A stretch of DNA of 64,000 bases. Origin: an uncultured Microthrixaceae bacterium (lineage in GTDB: Bacteria > Actinomycetota > Acidimicrobiia > Acidimicrobiales > VFJN01). Numbering within the stretch: the first letter of the stretch is position 1; every line of letters starts with the position of its first letter. Below the pieces are notes generated by a model that saw nothing but the letters and a program-made list of their open reading frames with translations, did no database searches and had not been told where the DNA came from. Positions 39,137-47,697 of this stretch are shown here, in pieces. Location: contig OY970242.1 of NCBI GenBank assembly GCA_963715505.1, positions 1,551,810 to 1,615,809 of the forward strand, given 5' to 3'. Made by a program: the position numbers and the translations under genes.

Positions 39137-39876
39137 TCCTTGCGCGCGAGCAGGAAGAGGAGGCGAGGGATGGTGGCCGCCGCCTCGTACTCATGGGCCT
39201 GTGCGAGGAACCCGGGTGGCGGGGCGGGCTCCTCCATCACGTGCACCAGCATGCCGCTGCGAGCCAGGGCGTTCACGTACCGCGAGAGGGGCCGGTGGAT
39301 GAAGGGGATGAGGATGCCCTTCTCCACCTCCTCGAGGCTCTCCTCCTCCACGAGGTACGGCCCGATCCGCCAGTACTGCTCGGGTGGGTCGAGGATCTGA
39401 TCGTCGATCCAGCCGCTGTGAGGGGTCTGGAGGAGCGGGTGGTTCAGGAAGAACAGGAAGCGGCCGCCGGGCTCGAGCACGCGCGCGACCTCGGCGATGG
39501 CGTCGTCCACGGCGCGGATGTGCTCGAACACCAGGCAGGCGACGACCGCGTCGAAGCTGGCGTCGTCGAAGGGCAGCGCCGCCGCCTCGGCGCGCGCCAG
39601 GTCGACGCTGCCGCCACGGCGCGCCGCGACCTCGATCTGCGCCCAGGTGGGGTCGACGCCGACCGCCACCGACGCGCCGCCGGCTGCGGCAAGGCGGGTG
39701 ATCTGCCCCTCACCGCAGCCGACGTCGAGCACCCGGCGCGCGCCGGCGAGTTGCTCGGCGGCGATCGGGAGGATCTGCTCCTCGTACTCGGGGTCGACGC
39801 CGTCGGTGAAGCCGTCCTGCCACCAGCGCGCGTTGCGCTCCCAGAGATCCTCGTCGTCGGATGCCGGCGCGTTCAC
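39133..39876 (-). CDS. Class I SAM-dependent methyltransferase
   Basis: VLDVGCGEG, LPFDDASFD, RVLEPGG. Confidence 0.9.
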   Translation of the reverse strand: MNAPASDDEDLWERNARWWQDGFTDGVDPEYEEQILPIAAEQLAGARRVLDVGCGEGQITRLAAAGGASVAVGVDPTWAQIEVAARRGGSVDLARAEAAALPFDDASFDAVVACLVFEHIRAVDDAIAEVARVLEPGGRFLFFLNHPLLQTPHSGWIDDQILDPPEQYWRIGPYLVEEESLEEVEKGILIPFIHRPLSRYVNALARSGMLVHVMEEPAPPPGFLAQAHEYEAAATIPRLLFLLARKE

Positions 39877-39997
39877 GGGCTCAGCCTTGCATCGCAACGC
39901 CAGAATTGGGTCATCCGGACCATGCCCAGCGGCTCAAGGCGGCCGTACGGTCACGCCGACCATGAGAGGTGACGACCAAGGCGGAAGAGGTGGCCCG

Positions 39998-40198
39998 GTG
40001 ACCGACGGAGTGATCAGGTTGCGAGTCTGGTGGGTCAGCGCCCGCGCCGGCCGCCGCGGCGACCGCGGCGCCTCGCTGGTCGAGTACGCCTTGCTGGTGG
40101 CGCTGATCGCCATGGTCTGCTTTGCCGCGGTGGGCTTCCTCGGCGAGGAGACCAACTCCCAGATCGCCGGCACCGGCAGCAGCTTCAGCGACCCCTGA
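39998..40198 (+). CDS. Flp family type IVb pilin
   Basis: Prepilin site RG|ASLVEYALLVALIA; GAGG RBS before GTG. Confidence 0.85.
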   Translation: MTDGVIRLRVWWVSARAGRRGDRGASLVEYALLVALIAMVCFAAVGFLGEETNSQIAGTGSSFSDP

Positions 40199-40231
40199 GG
40201 TCAGCTGGACCCCCGGCTATCGTCACGGGCC

Positions 40232-40684
40232 GTGCCTGACGACGGGCGGCGCTGGGCGGTGTCGCTTCCTGCCTCCGGACGTGACCGCGCCAAGGCGCTC
40301 GCCGCGCCGCTCCTGCTCGCCACGGTGGCCCTCGTCGGCGTGGTCCGCAGCGCGACGCTCGACCAGTCGTCGTGGCAGGGCGCCAGCTTCGGCATGTTCG
40401 CCACCTACGACAACGACGTCTCGCGCACCGTCGTCGTCACCGCCTCCCTGCCCGATGACCCCGCCCGCGTCGCGCTGCCGAGCCACCTGCACGACGACGC
40501 CCGCCAGCTCCAGGTCGTTCCGACGGATGCCCGGGCCCGGCGCCTCGCCCAGGCCACCCTCCGCGACGCGACGCAGGACCGCGCGACCCGCGTCCACGTA
40601 GCGGTGCTGGGCGTGCGCCTGCAGGACGACGGCGTCCTCACGCTGCGGTTCGAACAGCTCGCGTCCGGCGAGGCGCAGCGGTGA
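40232..40684 (+). CDS. Membrane-anchored hypothetical protein
   Basis: TM helix then SSWQGASFGMFATYD. Confidence 0.65.
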   Translation: MPDDGRRWAVSLPASGRDRAKALAAPLLLATVALVGVVRSATLDQSSWQGASFGMFATYDNDVSRTVVVTASLPDDPARVALPSHLHDDARQLQVVPTDARARRLAQATLRDATQDRATRVHVAVLGVRLQDDGVLTLRFEQLASGEAQR

Positions 40685-41559
40685 CGGCCGCGCCGACGAG
40701 CGTCGAGCGCCCGGCCGCCGCTCCGCTCGCGTGGCTGCGCGGGAGCGACCCGCTGCTCCTGCTGCTCCGCGCCTCGCTCCTCGTGCTCCTCGTCAACAGC
40801 AACGACGACCCGTGGGTGTTCGCTGCGGTGGCCGTCACCTGTGTGATCGCCCTCCCCCGCCCGGCGGTGCTGTGCAGCCCGTGGCTCTGGGGCGCCGCGT
40901 TCGTGACCATCGGACTCCGCCAGCTGATGACCTGGCACACGATCGACGACCACATCATCGCCACCACCTACTGGTGTGGTGCGCTCGCCCTCGGGCTCAC
41001 GGCGACAGAGCCTCGGCGCACGCTCGCCGCGTCGGCGCGCTTGCTCGTCGGGGCGCTGTTCGCGTTCGCAGTGGGTTGGAAGCTCCGATCCGGCGAGTTC
41101 CTCGACGGCAGCTTCTTCCGCTACTCGCTGCTGTTCGACGACCGCTTCGATGTCGTGGCACGGGTCGTCGGCGGCACGGCCACCGCGGCCCTCGACGCCA
41201 ACATCGCCGACGTCAACGCTCTGGTGGCCAGCGGAGGAGGCAGTCCGGTCCATCTGCGCGAAGGACCGCGCAACGTCGCGGTGGCGAACGTCTTCACGTA
41301 CTGGGGCGTCGGGATCGAAGCCGCCGTGGCGGTCGCGTTCCTGCTGCCGCTGCGGCGCCGCTTCGCCTGGCTCCGACATGCGACACTGATCGCCTTCGTC
41401 GCGTCGACCTACGTCGTCGTGCCGATCGGAGGGTTCGGTTCGCTGCTCCTCGTGCTCGGTGCTGCCATGGCACCGGAGGGCCGGTTGCAAGTCGGCTACT
41501 ACCTGGCCGGCGCCAGCCTGTGGGCTTGGGCCGGCGTGTGGCCGTTGGTGTTCCTGTAG
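40681..41559 (+). CDS. Multi-pass membrane protein, possibly HTTM/SdpB-like
   Basis: WHTIDDH...YW, FAVGWKLRSGEFLDG and IEAAVA motifs; GTGA-coupled. Confidence 0.6.
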   Translation: MTAAPTSVERPAAAPLAWLRGSDPLLLLLRASLLVLLVNSNDDPWVFAAVAVTCVIALPRPAVLCSPWLWGAAFVTIGLRQLMTWHTIDDHIIATTYWCGALALGLTATEPRRTLAASARLLVGALFAFAVGWKLRSGEFLDGSFFRYSLLFDDRFDVVARVVGGTATAALDANIADVNALVASGGGSPVHLREGPRNVAVANVFTYWGVGIEAAVAVAFLLPLRRRFAWLRHATLIAFVASTYVVVPIGGFGSLLLVLGAAMAPEGRLQVGYYLAGASLWAWAGVWPLVFL

Positions 41560-41594
41560 GCGTGGCGCCGCCTCGTCGGTGAGGCGTGCGAGCG

Positions 41595-43460
41595 TCAGCG
41601 GCTGGCGCCGTGGACCTTGGCGTGGACGGCCTCGGCGACCGCATCTGGCAGCCATGGGAGTGCCTGCAGCTCCTCCAGGGACGCTTGCTGCACGGCACGC
41701 ACCCCGCCGAGCTCCTTGGTGAGGCGCTTCTTGCGCACGTCGCCGAGCCCCGGGATGCCGTCGAGGACGCTGGTCGTCATCCGCTTGGCGCGCAGCTCGC
41801 GGTGGTAGGTGATGGCGAAGCGGTGGGCCTCGTCGCGGATGCGCTGCAGCAGGTAGAGCGCCTCGGACTGGCGTGGGATGCGGATGGGGTCGGCCTGTCC
41901 CGGCACGAAGACCTCCTCGAACTGCTTGGCCAGGGAGGCCACGGGGATCTCGTCGGCGAGGCCGAGCTCCTCCACCACCCGCACCGCAACGGCGAGCTGG
42001 CCCTTGCCGCCGTCGACGAGGAGCAGCTGCGGCGGGTAGGAGAACTTGCCGGGAGCGTCGGCCACGGGCCGGTCCCGCTCGACGAGGTAGGCGGTCAGGC
42101 GGCGCGTGAGCACCTCCTCCATGGCGGCGAAGTCGTCGTTGCCCTGCCCGCTCCTGATCTTGAAGCGCCGGTACTCGGCCTTCTTGGGCAGGCCGTCCTC
42201 CATGACGACCATGGAGCCCACGTAGTCGCTGCCCTGGATGTGGCTCATGTCGTAGCACTCGATGCGCAGGGGGGCCTCGGGGAGGCCGAGGTGCTCCTGC
42301 AGCTCGTTGAGCGCCCGGGCCCGGCTGTTGTGGTCGGCGGAGCGGCGCAGCCGGTGGCGGACGAACTCCTCCCTGGCGTTGCGGGTGACGGTCTCCTGGA
42401 GCTCGCGCTTGTCGCCGCGCTGGGGCACCCGCACCGTCACGCCAGACCCGCGGATCGAGCTGAGCCACTCCTCGTAGAGCGGCGTGTCGTCGGCCTCGGT
42501 GGGGACGAGGACCCGCTTCGGGACGCCGAGCGGCGGGTCGTCGTAGAGCCGTTCGAGCACGACGCCGACGAGCTCGCCAGCGCTGAGGTCCTCCACCTTG
42601 TCGACGATGAAGCCCTTCCGGCCGACCACGCGGCCCTTGCGCACGAGGAACACCTGCACGGCGGCCTCGAGCTCGTCGTCGGCGATGCCCAGGACGTCGA
42701 GATCCTCGGAGCGCTCGGCCACCATCTGCTGCTTCTCGATGGCCTTCTGCACGCTCGTCAGTCGGTCGCGCAGCCGCGCGGCCTGCTCGAACTCGAGCTC
42801 GCTGGCGGCCGCCTGCATCCGGGCCTCGAGCTCCTTCACCACCGCGTCGGTGTCGCCGTCGAGGAACTCGAGCAGCGCCTGGACGTGGGCGTCGTAGTCC
42901 TCCTTGGAGACCTCTCCCACGCAGGGCCCGGAGCACTTCTCGATGTGGAACAGCAGGCAGGGCCGACCGAGGCGCTCGTGCGTGCGGAACTTGTTGTCGG
43001 AGCAGGTGCGCAGCGGGAACGTGCGCAGCAGCAGGTCGAGGGTCTCCCGGATGGCGTAGGCGTGGCCGTACGGGCCGAAGTAGCGCACGCCCTTGCGCTT
43101 GCGGCCCCGCATCACCATCGGTCGAGGCCACTCGTCGTCGGTCGTGACCGCCAGGAACGGGTAGCTCTTGTCGTCGCGGAGGCGCACGTTGAAGCGGGGC
43201 TGGTGCTGCTTGATCAGCGTGTTCTCCAGCATCAGCGCCTCGACGTCGTTGCGGACCTGGATCCACTCGACGGTCTCGGCGGCCTCGACCATCGAGGCGG
43301 TGCGCGGCGGGAGCGACGTGGGCTTCACGAAGTAGTTGGAGAGCCGCTGGCGCAGCGAGCGGGCCTTGCCCACGTAGATGACGCGGCCGTCCCGGTCCTT
43401 GAACTGGTAGGACCCGGGAGCATCAGGGATCGTCCCCGCGGGGGGCCGTTGCACCATCAC
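41595..43460 (-). CDS. uvrC: Excinuclease ABC subunit C
   Basis: GIY-YIG (IYVGKA..LRQRL), DDKSYP, IECYDMSH, VDGGKGQ, RDEAHRFA, HhH. Confidence 0.97.
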   Translation of the reverse strand: MMVQRPPAGTIPDAPGSYQFKDRDGRVIYVGKARSLRQRLSNYFVKPTSLPPRTASMVEAAETVEWIQVRNDVEALMLENTLIKQHQPRFNVRLRDDKSYPFLAVTTDDEWPRPMVMRGRKRKGVRYFGPYGHAYAIRETLDLLLRTFPLRTCSDNKFRTHERLGRPCLLFHIEKCSGPCVGEVSKEDYDAHVQALLEFLDGDTDAVVKELEARMQAAASELEFEQAARLRDRLTSVQKAIEKQQMVAERSEDLDVLGIADDELEAAVQVFLVRKGRVVGRKGFIVDKVEDLSAGELVGVVLERLYDDPPLGVPKRVLVPTEADDTPLYEEWLSSIRGSGVTVRVPQRGDKRELQETVTRNAREEFVRHRLRRSADHNSRARALNELQEHLGLPEAPLRIECYDMSHIQGSDYVGSMVVMEDGLPKKAEYRRFKIRSGQGNDDFAAMEEVLTRRLTAYLVERDRPVADAPGKFSYPPQLLLVDGGKGQLAVAVRVVEELGLADEIPVASLAKQFEEVFVPGQADPIRIPRQSEALYLLQRIRDEAHRFAITYHRELRAKRMTTSVLDGIPGLGDVRKKRLTKELGGVRAVQQASLEELQALPWLPDAVAEAVHAKVHGASR

Positions 43461-43507
43461 CTGGAGGATAGGGAGCGATCAGGCAAGCGAGATCGTCGGC
43501 GCGGTCC

Positions 43508-45193
43508 TCAGCGGCCGACCAGCCAGACGATCACAGCGCCGTCGTCGGCCAGGACGGTGAGGCCGAGTCGCTCGATGTAGGCGCGCGCCAGCGGGGCCGG
43601 CTCGCGGCGGTCGTAGGCGACGAACCCGATGCCCAGGGCCGCCAGGTCCTCCCGGTCGAAGGTGGCGGCGTCGTCGAACCCGGGCTCGCCCTGCAGCGCG
43701 AGCACCTGCCGGTAGGCCTCGGTGCCGAGCAGCTCGGCGAGCCGGTCCTCCGGGTAGCGAGAGGCGGCGCCGGACACGGTCGCCCGCTCGTGCACCGTGG
43801 CGTTGACGAGGAACAGGAAGTCCTCCCGACGACCTGGCGCGTAGCCGATGGCCCGCTGGCCGGTCGACCACTGGATCGGGATCTCGAGCACCGCCCCCGG
43901 ATCGGGGTGGTCGGCGATGGCGCGGTAGGGCGCCGGGGCGTCGGCGGGCGCCTCGGGCAGCGATCGGGGCAGCAGCTCCACGAGCACCAGCCCGAGCGCC
44001 AGGGCCGTAGCCGTGCCGGCGCAGCGGGGGTACCGGCGCAGCAGGACCGCCAGCGCCATGGCGGCGAGCACCACGAGCCCCAGCGCCCCGACCACGGCGA
44101 AGCGCCCGGGCACCCGGAACGCATCGAAGCCGGGCAGGGCGCGCACCACGAAGAAGGGCAGCGGGACCTCCACGTAGGTGTCGCGCACGTAGGGGTACGG
44201 GCCGAGCGACAGGACGATGCCGACGATCGCCATGGCCACCCAGCCGCGACGCTCGTCGCCGGTTCGCAGGCGCCGGCCGGCCAGCGCCAGCGCGATCACC
44301 ACGGCGCCCGGGTAGGCGATGCCCTCCGGCGTGAGCGCCGGGGGCTCCAGGGAGGCGAAGCGCCCGAGCCACAGCTGTTCGAGCGGCGGGACCACCCAGG
44401 ACAGCGGCGAGGCCGCGTAGACCATCGAAGCGCCGGTCGGGATCGGTTCGCCCGACTCGCCGGCGAGCATCGCCGCGGCCAGGGGCACGAGGAGCGGCGC
44501 CGCCACGACGGCGGCGAGTGCCCCTGCCGCGGCGAGCGGGCGCCAGGCGCCCGCCAGTGCTGAGCGGTGCACCACGGCGAGCGGCACGATGGCGACCAGC
44601 GCCAGGATCACGAGCTGCGGGTCGACCAGGAAGGTGCACCCAGCCGCGATGCCGAGCAGCGCGATGCGCCCTCGGTCCGGGCGATCGAGGGCGCGCAGGA
44701 ACGCCAGGACGAGGAGCGGCACGAGGCCGAGGTGCACGAGGTTCAGGTGACCGCTGGCGACGTGTGCGAAGCGGTGCGGGAGCAGCGCCCATGCCGCGCC
44801 CGCCAAGAAGGCGGCACAGCGGTCGTGCGTCACGTGGTGCGCGAGCAGGTAGGCGCCGCCGGCCGCGACGAACATCCCCGCCAGCTGCACCGCGTTGACC
44901 TGTGCCGCCGGGCCGAGCAGCGCCTGCAGCGGCCAGGTCAGCGCCGACACCAGGGGCGCCGACGTCGTCGTCGCCAGGTCGGCGCCGACGGGGTGGAACA
45001 TCTGGTCGGTCGCGTACGGGTTGTCGCCGCGCCCGAGCGCGCGCGGCATGGCCCACCAGATCCAGCGGAACACCGACCCGTCGGCCACGTCCACCATCGG
45101 CCGCGACGAGAAGTGCACCACGGCCGGCCAGAGCACGACCGCGGTCATGGCTGCGTAGGCGGCCATGGCCGGCAGGTGCCGCCGCGTGGCCAT
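43508..45193 (-). CDS. Multi-pass membrane protein, GT-C/YfhO-like
   Basis: D..VF.W..WW, MFHPVGADL, GHLNL, LSLGP, FRVPGRF, VLEIP. Confidence 0.7.
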   Translation of the reverse strand: MATRRHLPAMAAYAAMTAVVLWPAVVHFSSRPMVDVADGSVFRWIWWAMPRALGRGDNPYATDQMFHPVGADLATTTSAPLVSALTWPLQALLGPAAQVNAVQLAGMFVAAGGAYLLAHHVTHDRCAAFLAGAAWALLPHRFAHVASGHLNLVHLGLVPLLVLAFLRALDRPDRGRIALLGIAAGCTFLVDPQLVILALVAIVPLAVVHRSALAGAWRPLAAAGALAAVVAAPLLVPLAAAMLAGESGEPIPTGASMVYAASPLSWVVPPLEQLWLGRFASLEPPALTPEGIAYPGAVVIALALAGRRLRTGDERRGWVAMAIVGIVLSLGPYPYVRDTYVEVPLPFFVVRALPGFDAFRVPGRFAVVGALGLVVLAAMALAVLLRRYPRCAGTATALALGLVLVELLPRSLPEAPADAPAPYRAIADHPDPGAVLEIPIQWSTGQRAIGYAPGRREDFLFLVNATVHERATVSGAASRYPEDRLAELLGTEAYRQVLALQGEPGFDDAATFDREDLAALGIGFVAYDRREPAPLARAYIERLGLTVLADDGAVIVWLVGR

Positions 45194-45285
45194 GGTGGGC
45201 GAGGATACGGGCGGCCCACGACGGCGGGGCGGATGTCCCGGCTTGCCGCGTCGCACCAGGGGATGCTGGCTAGGATGGGCGTCAA

Positions 45286-45393
45286 CGCCGGCCCGGTGAT
45301 CCGGCGACATATCGGTTCCGGGGACGACATCCCCGCGGGAGAGGCGACCGGGCTGTCCCCGCCGTCCAGCAACCGGAACCTCCAGCGTGGAGG
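45286..45393 (+). ncRNA. Structured nadA 5' leader; candidate NAD+-I-like riboswitch
   Basis: Nested stems GGTTCCGG/CCGGAACC, GGACG/CGTCC and GCGGG/CCCGC with 8-nt bulge ACATCCCC; RBS hairpin CCTCCA/TGGAGG; -10-like TAGGAT at 45271. Confidence 0.55.
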
Positions 45394-45404
45394 GCACCCA
45401 CAAC

Positions 45405-46541
45405 ATGTTGAGGCTCCAAGACCCGCTCGACGAGCGCTACACCGCGGCGACCGCCGAGGAGCTCGAGGCCCGGATCGCCACGGCCAAGGCCACGCTCGGC
45501 GACCGCGTCTTCATCCTCGGGCACCACTACCAGCGCGACGAGGTGATCCGCTGGGCCGACGCCCGCGGCGACAGCTACCGCCTGTCGGTGCTCGCCCAGC
45601 AGCAGGAGCAGGCCGAGCACATCGTGTTCTGCGGCGTGCACTTCATGGCCGAGTCGGCCGACATCCTCACCGCGGACCACCAGAAGGTCATCCTCCCCGA
45701 CCTGAACGCCGGCTGCTCGATGGCCGACATGGCCGACATCGACGAGGTCGAGGAGGCCTGGGCCGCCATCGCCGCCGTCACCGACATCAGCCGCGTCGTG
45801 CCGATCACCTACATGAACTCCTCCGCGGCGCTGAAGGCCTTCGTGGGGCGCAACGGCGGCGCCGTGTGCACCTCCACCAACGCCCGGGCGGTGCTCGACT
45901 GGGCGCTCGGCAAGGGCGACCGGGCCGGCCGGGAGGCCCAGGGGTCGACCGGCGGCGGCGACAAGGTGCTCTTCTTCCCCGACCAGCACCTCGGCCGCAA
46001 CACCGGCCTCGCCATGGGCTACGGCCTCGACGACATGCGGGTGTGGAACCCGCGGCTCGACCAGGGCGGCCTCGAGGACCTCGACATCAAGGCGTCCACG
46101 CTGCTGCTGTGGAAGGGCCACTGCTCGGTGCACCAGCGCTTCCGCCCCGAGCACATCGAGGCATTCCGGGCAGAGCACCCCGACGGCATCGTGGTGATGC
46201 ACCCCGAGTGCAGCCACGAGGTGTGCCAGCTCGCCGACCAGGTCGGCTCCACCGACTACATCATCCGGGCGGTCGCCGAGGCACCGGCCGGCTCGGTGAT
46301 CGCGGTCGGCACCGAGATCCACCTCGTCAACCGGCTGAACGACGAGACGCCCGACAAGACGATCGTCTCCCTCGACCCGCTGGTGTGCCCCTGCTCCACG
46401 ATGTTCCGCGTCGACGCCGCCCACCTCTGCTGGGTGCTCGAGAACCTCGTCGAGGGCACCGTGGTGAACCAGATCACCGTCGATCCGGAGACCACGGAGT
46501 GGGCCAGGGTGGCGCTCGAGCGGATGATCGAGATCGTCTAG
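45405..46541 (+). CDS. nadA: Quinolinate synthase
   Basis: LGHHYQ, FCGVHFMAE, AGCSMA, YMNS, CTS.NA, PDQHLG, GHCSVH, HPEC, GST, CPC.TM. Confidence 0.96.
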   Translation: MLRLQDPLDERYTAATAEELEARIATAKATLGDRVFILGHHYQRDEVIRWADARGDSYRLSVLAQQQEQAEHIVFCGVHFMAESADILTADHQKVILPDLNAGCSMADMADIDEVEEAWAAIAAVTDISRVVPITYMNSSAALKAFVGRNGGAVCTSTNARAVLDWALGKGDRAGREAQGSTGGGDKVLFFPDQHLGRNTGLAMGYGLDDMRVWNPRLDQGGLEDLDIKASTLLLWKGHCSVHQRFRPEHIEAFRAEHPDGIVVMHPECSHEVCQLADQVGSTDYIIRAVAEAPAGSVIAVGTEIHLVNRLNDETPDKTIVSLDPLVCPCSTMFRVDAAHLCWVLENLVEGTVVNQITVDPETTEWARVALERMIEIV

Positions 46542-47617
46542 TGACCTGAGTCGTTGATTCGCTGGCAGTAGGCGGCGAGGTTGTCGAGGATTTCGTCGGC
46601 GGTCTTGTGCCAGACGAACGGCTTGGGGTCGTCGTTCCAGTTGGTGATCCAGGTGCGGATCGACGCGACGAGGTCTTTGACCGAGCGGTGAGCGCTGCGC
46701 TTGAGCCACTTGGTCGTCAGCTCGGCGAACCACCGCTCGACCAGGTTCAGCCAGCTCGAGTAGGTCGGCGTGAAGTGCAGCGTGAAGCGGGGATGGCGCA
46801 CGAGCCATCTCTGGATCGAGGGTGTCTTGTGCGTCGAGCTGTTGTCGACGACGACATGCACGTCGAGGTGCTCGGGGACGTTGCGGTCGATGAGGTTCAA
46901 GAACCGACGGAACTCCTCGGCGCGGTGCCTGGGCGTCAGATCCGCGATCACCTGGCCGGACGCGACATCGAGCGCCGCGTAGAGGTTCGTGGTCCCGTTG
47001 CGCTTGTAGTCGTGTGTCTGGCGGGCCGGCGTGCCTGGCAACAGCGGCAGGATCGGCGCTGACCGGTCGAGCGCTTGGACCTGGGTCTTCTCATCCACGC
47101 AGAGCACGACCGCCGACTCGGGCGGGTTCAGATAGAGCCCGACCACGTCGCGGACCTTGTCGATGAACTGCGGGTCCGGTGACAGCTTGAAGTCCTCGAC
47201 CCGGTGCGGCTTCAGACCAAAGGCCCGCCAGATCTTCGAGACCGCCGTCTGCGACATCCCTGTCGCCGCCGCCATCGACCGCGTCGACCAGTGCGTCGCG
47301 TTGACGGGCGTCTCCTCGAGCGTCTTGACGATCACCCGCTCCACATCGTCATCGCTGATCGTCCGCGGCTTTCCCGGACGAGGCTCGTCGTGCAGGCCAT
47401 CGATGCCCTTGGCCGCGAAGCGCACCCGCCACCTCCCCACCGTCGACGGCGTGCACCCCAAACGGGCCGCGATGTCGGTGCTCGACTCCCCGTCAGCGGC
47501 CCCCAAGATGATCCGGCACCGCAACGCCAGCGCCTGCGCGCTGTTCCGTCGCCGAGCCCACCGCTCCAGCGTCTCCCGTTCCTCGTCGGTGAGCGTGATC
47601 GTCGTCCGTTGCGCCAT
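46538..47617 (-). CDS. IS630 family transposase
   Basis: THWSTR, VDEK, YKRNGT, DN.STHK, PTYSSWLNLVERWF. Confidence 0.95.
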   Translation of the reverse strand: MAQRTTITLTDEERETLERWARRRNSAQALALRCRIILGAADGESSTDIAARLGCTPSTVGRWRVRFAAKGIDGLHDEPRPGKPRTISDDDVERVIVKTLEETPVNATHWSTRSMAAATGMSQTAVSKIWRAFGLKPHRVEDFKLSPDPQFIDKVRDVVGLYLNPPESAVVLCVDEKTQVQALDRSAPILPLLPGTPARQTHDYKRNGTTNLYAALDVASGQVIADLTPRHRAEEFRRFLNLIDRNVPEHLDVHVVVDNSSTHKTPSIQRWLVRHPRFTLHFTPTYSSWLNLVERWFAELTTKWLKRSAHRSVKDLVASIRTWITNWNDDPKPFVWHKTADEILDNLAAYCQRINDSGH

Positions 47618-47697
47618 CGCGAACCCCCATCGTCGTCGTTGACGACAGACTTCGCGACCACACCCACCCGTTCCTGCGAACTAACGACTCAGATCAC
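46541..47697 (-). mobile_element. Complete IS630-family insertion sequence
   Basis: 15-bp IRs GTGA(C/T)CTGAGTCGTT; duplicated TA at 46539-46540 and 47698-47699 within CTAG. Confidence 0.92.

Noticed and set aside
40405-43580. 953-aa and 664-aa ORFs overlapping uvrC
   Set aside because: Arg/Pro/Ala-rich alternate-frame or antisense shadows without motifs
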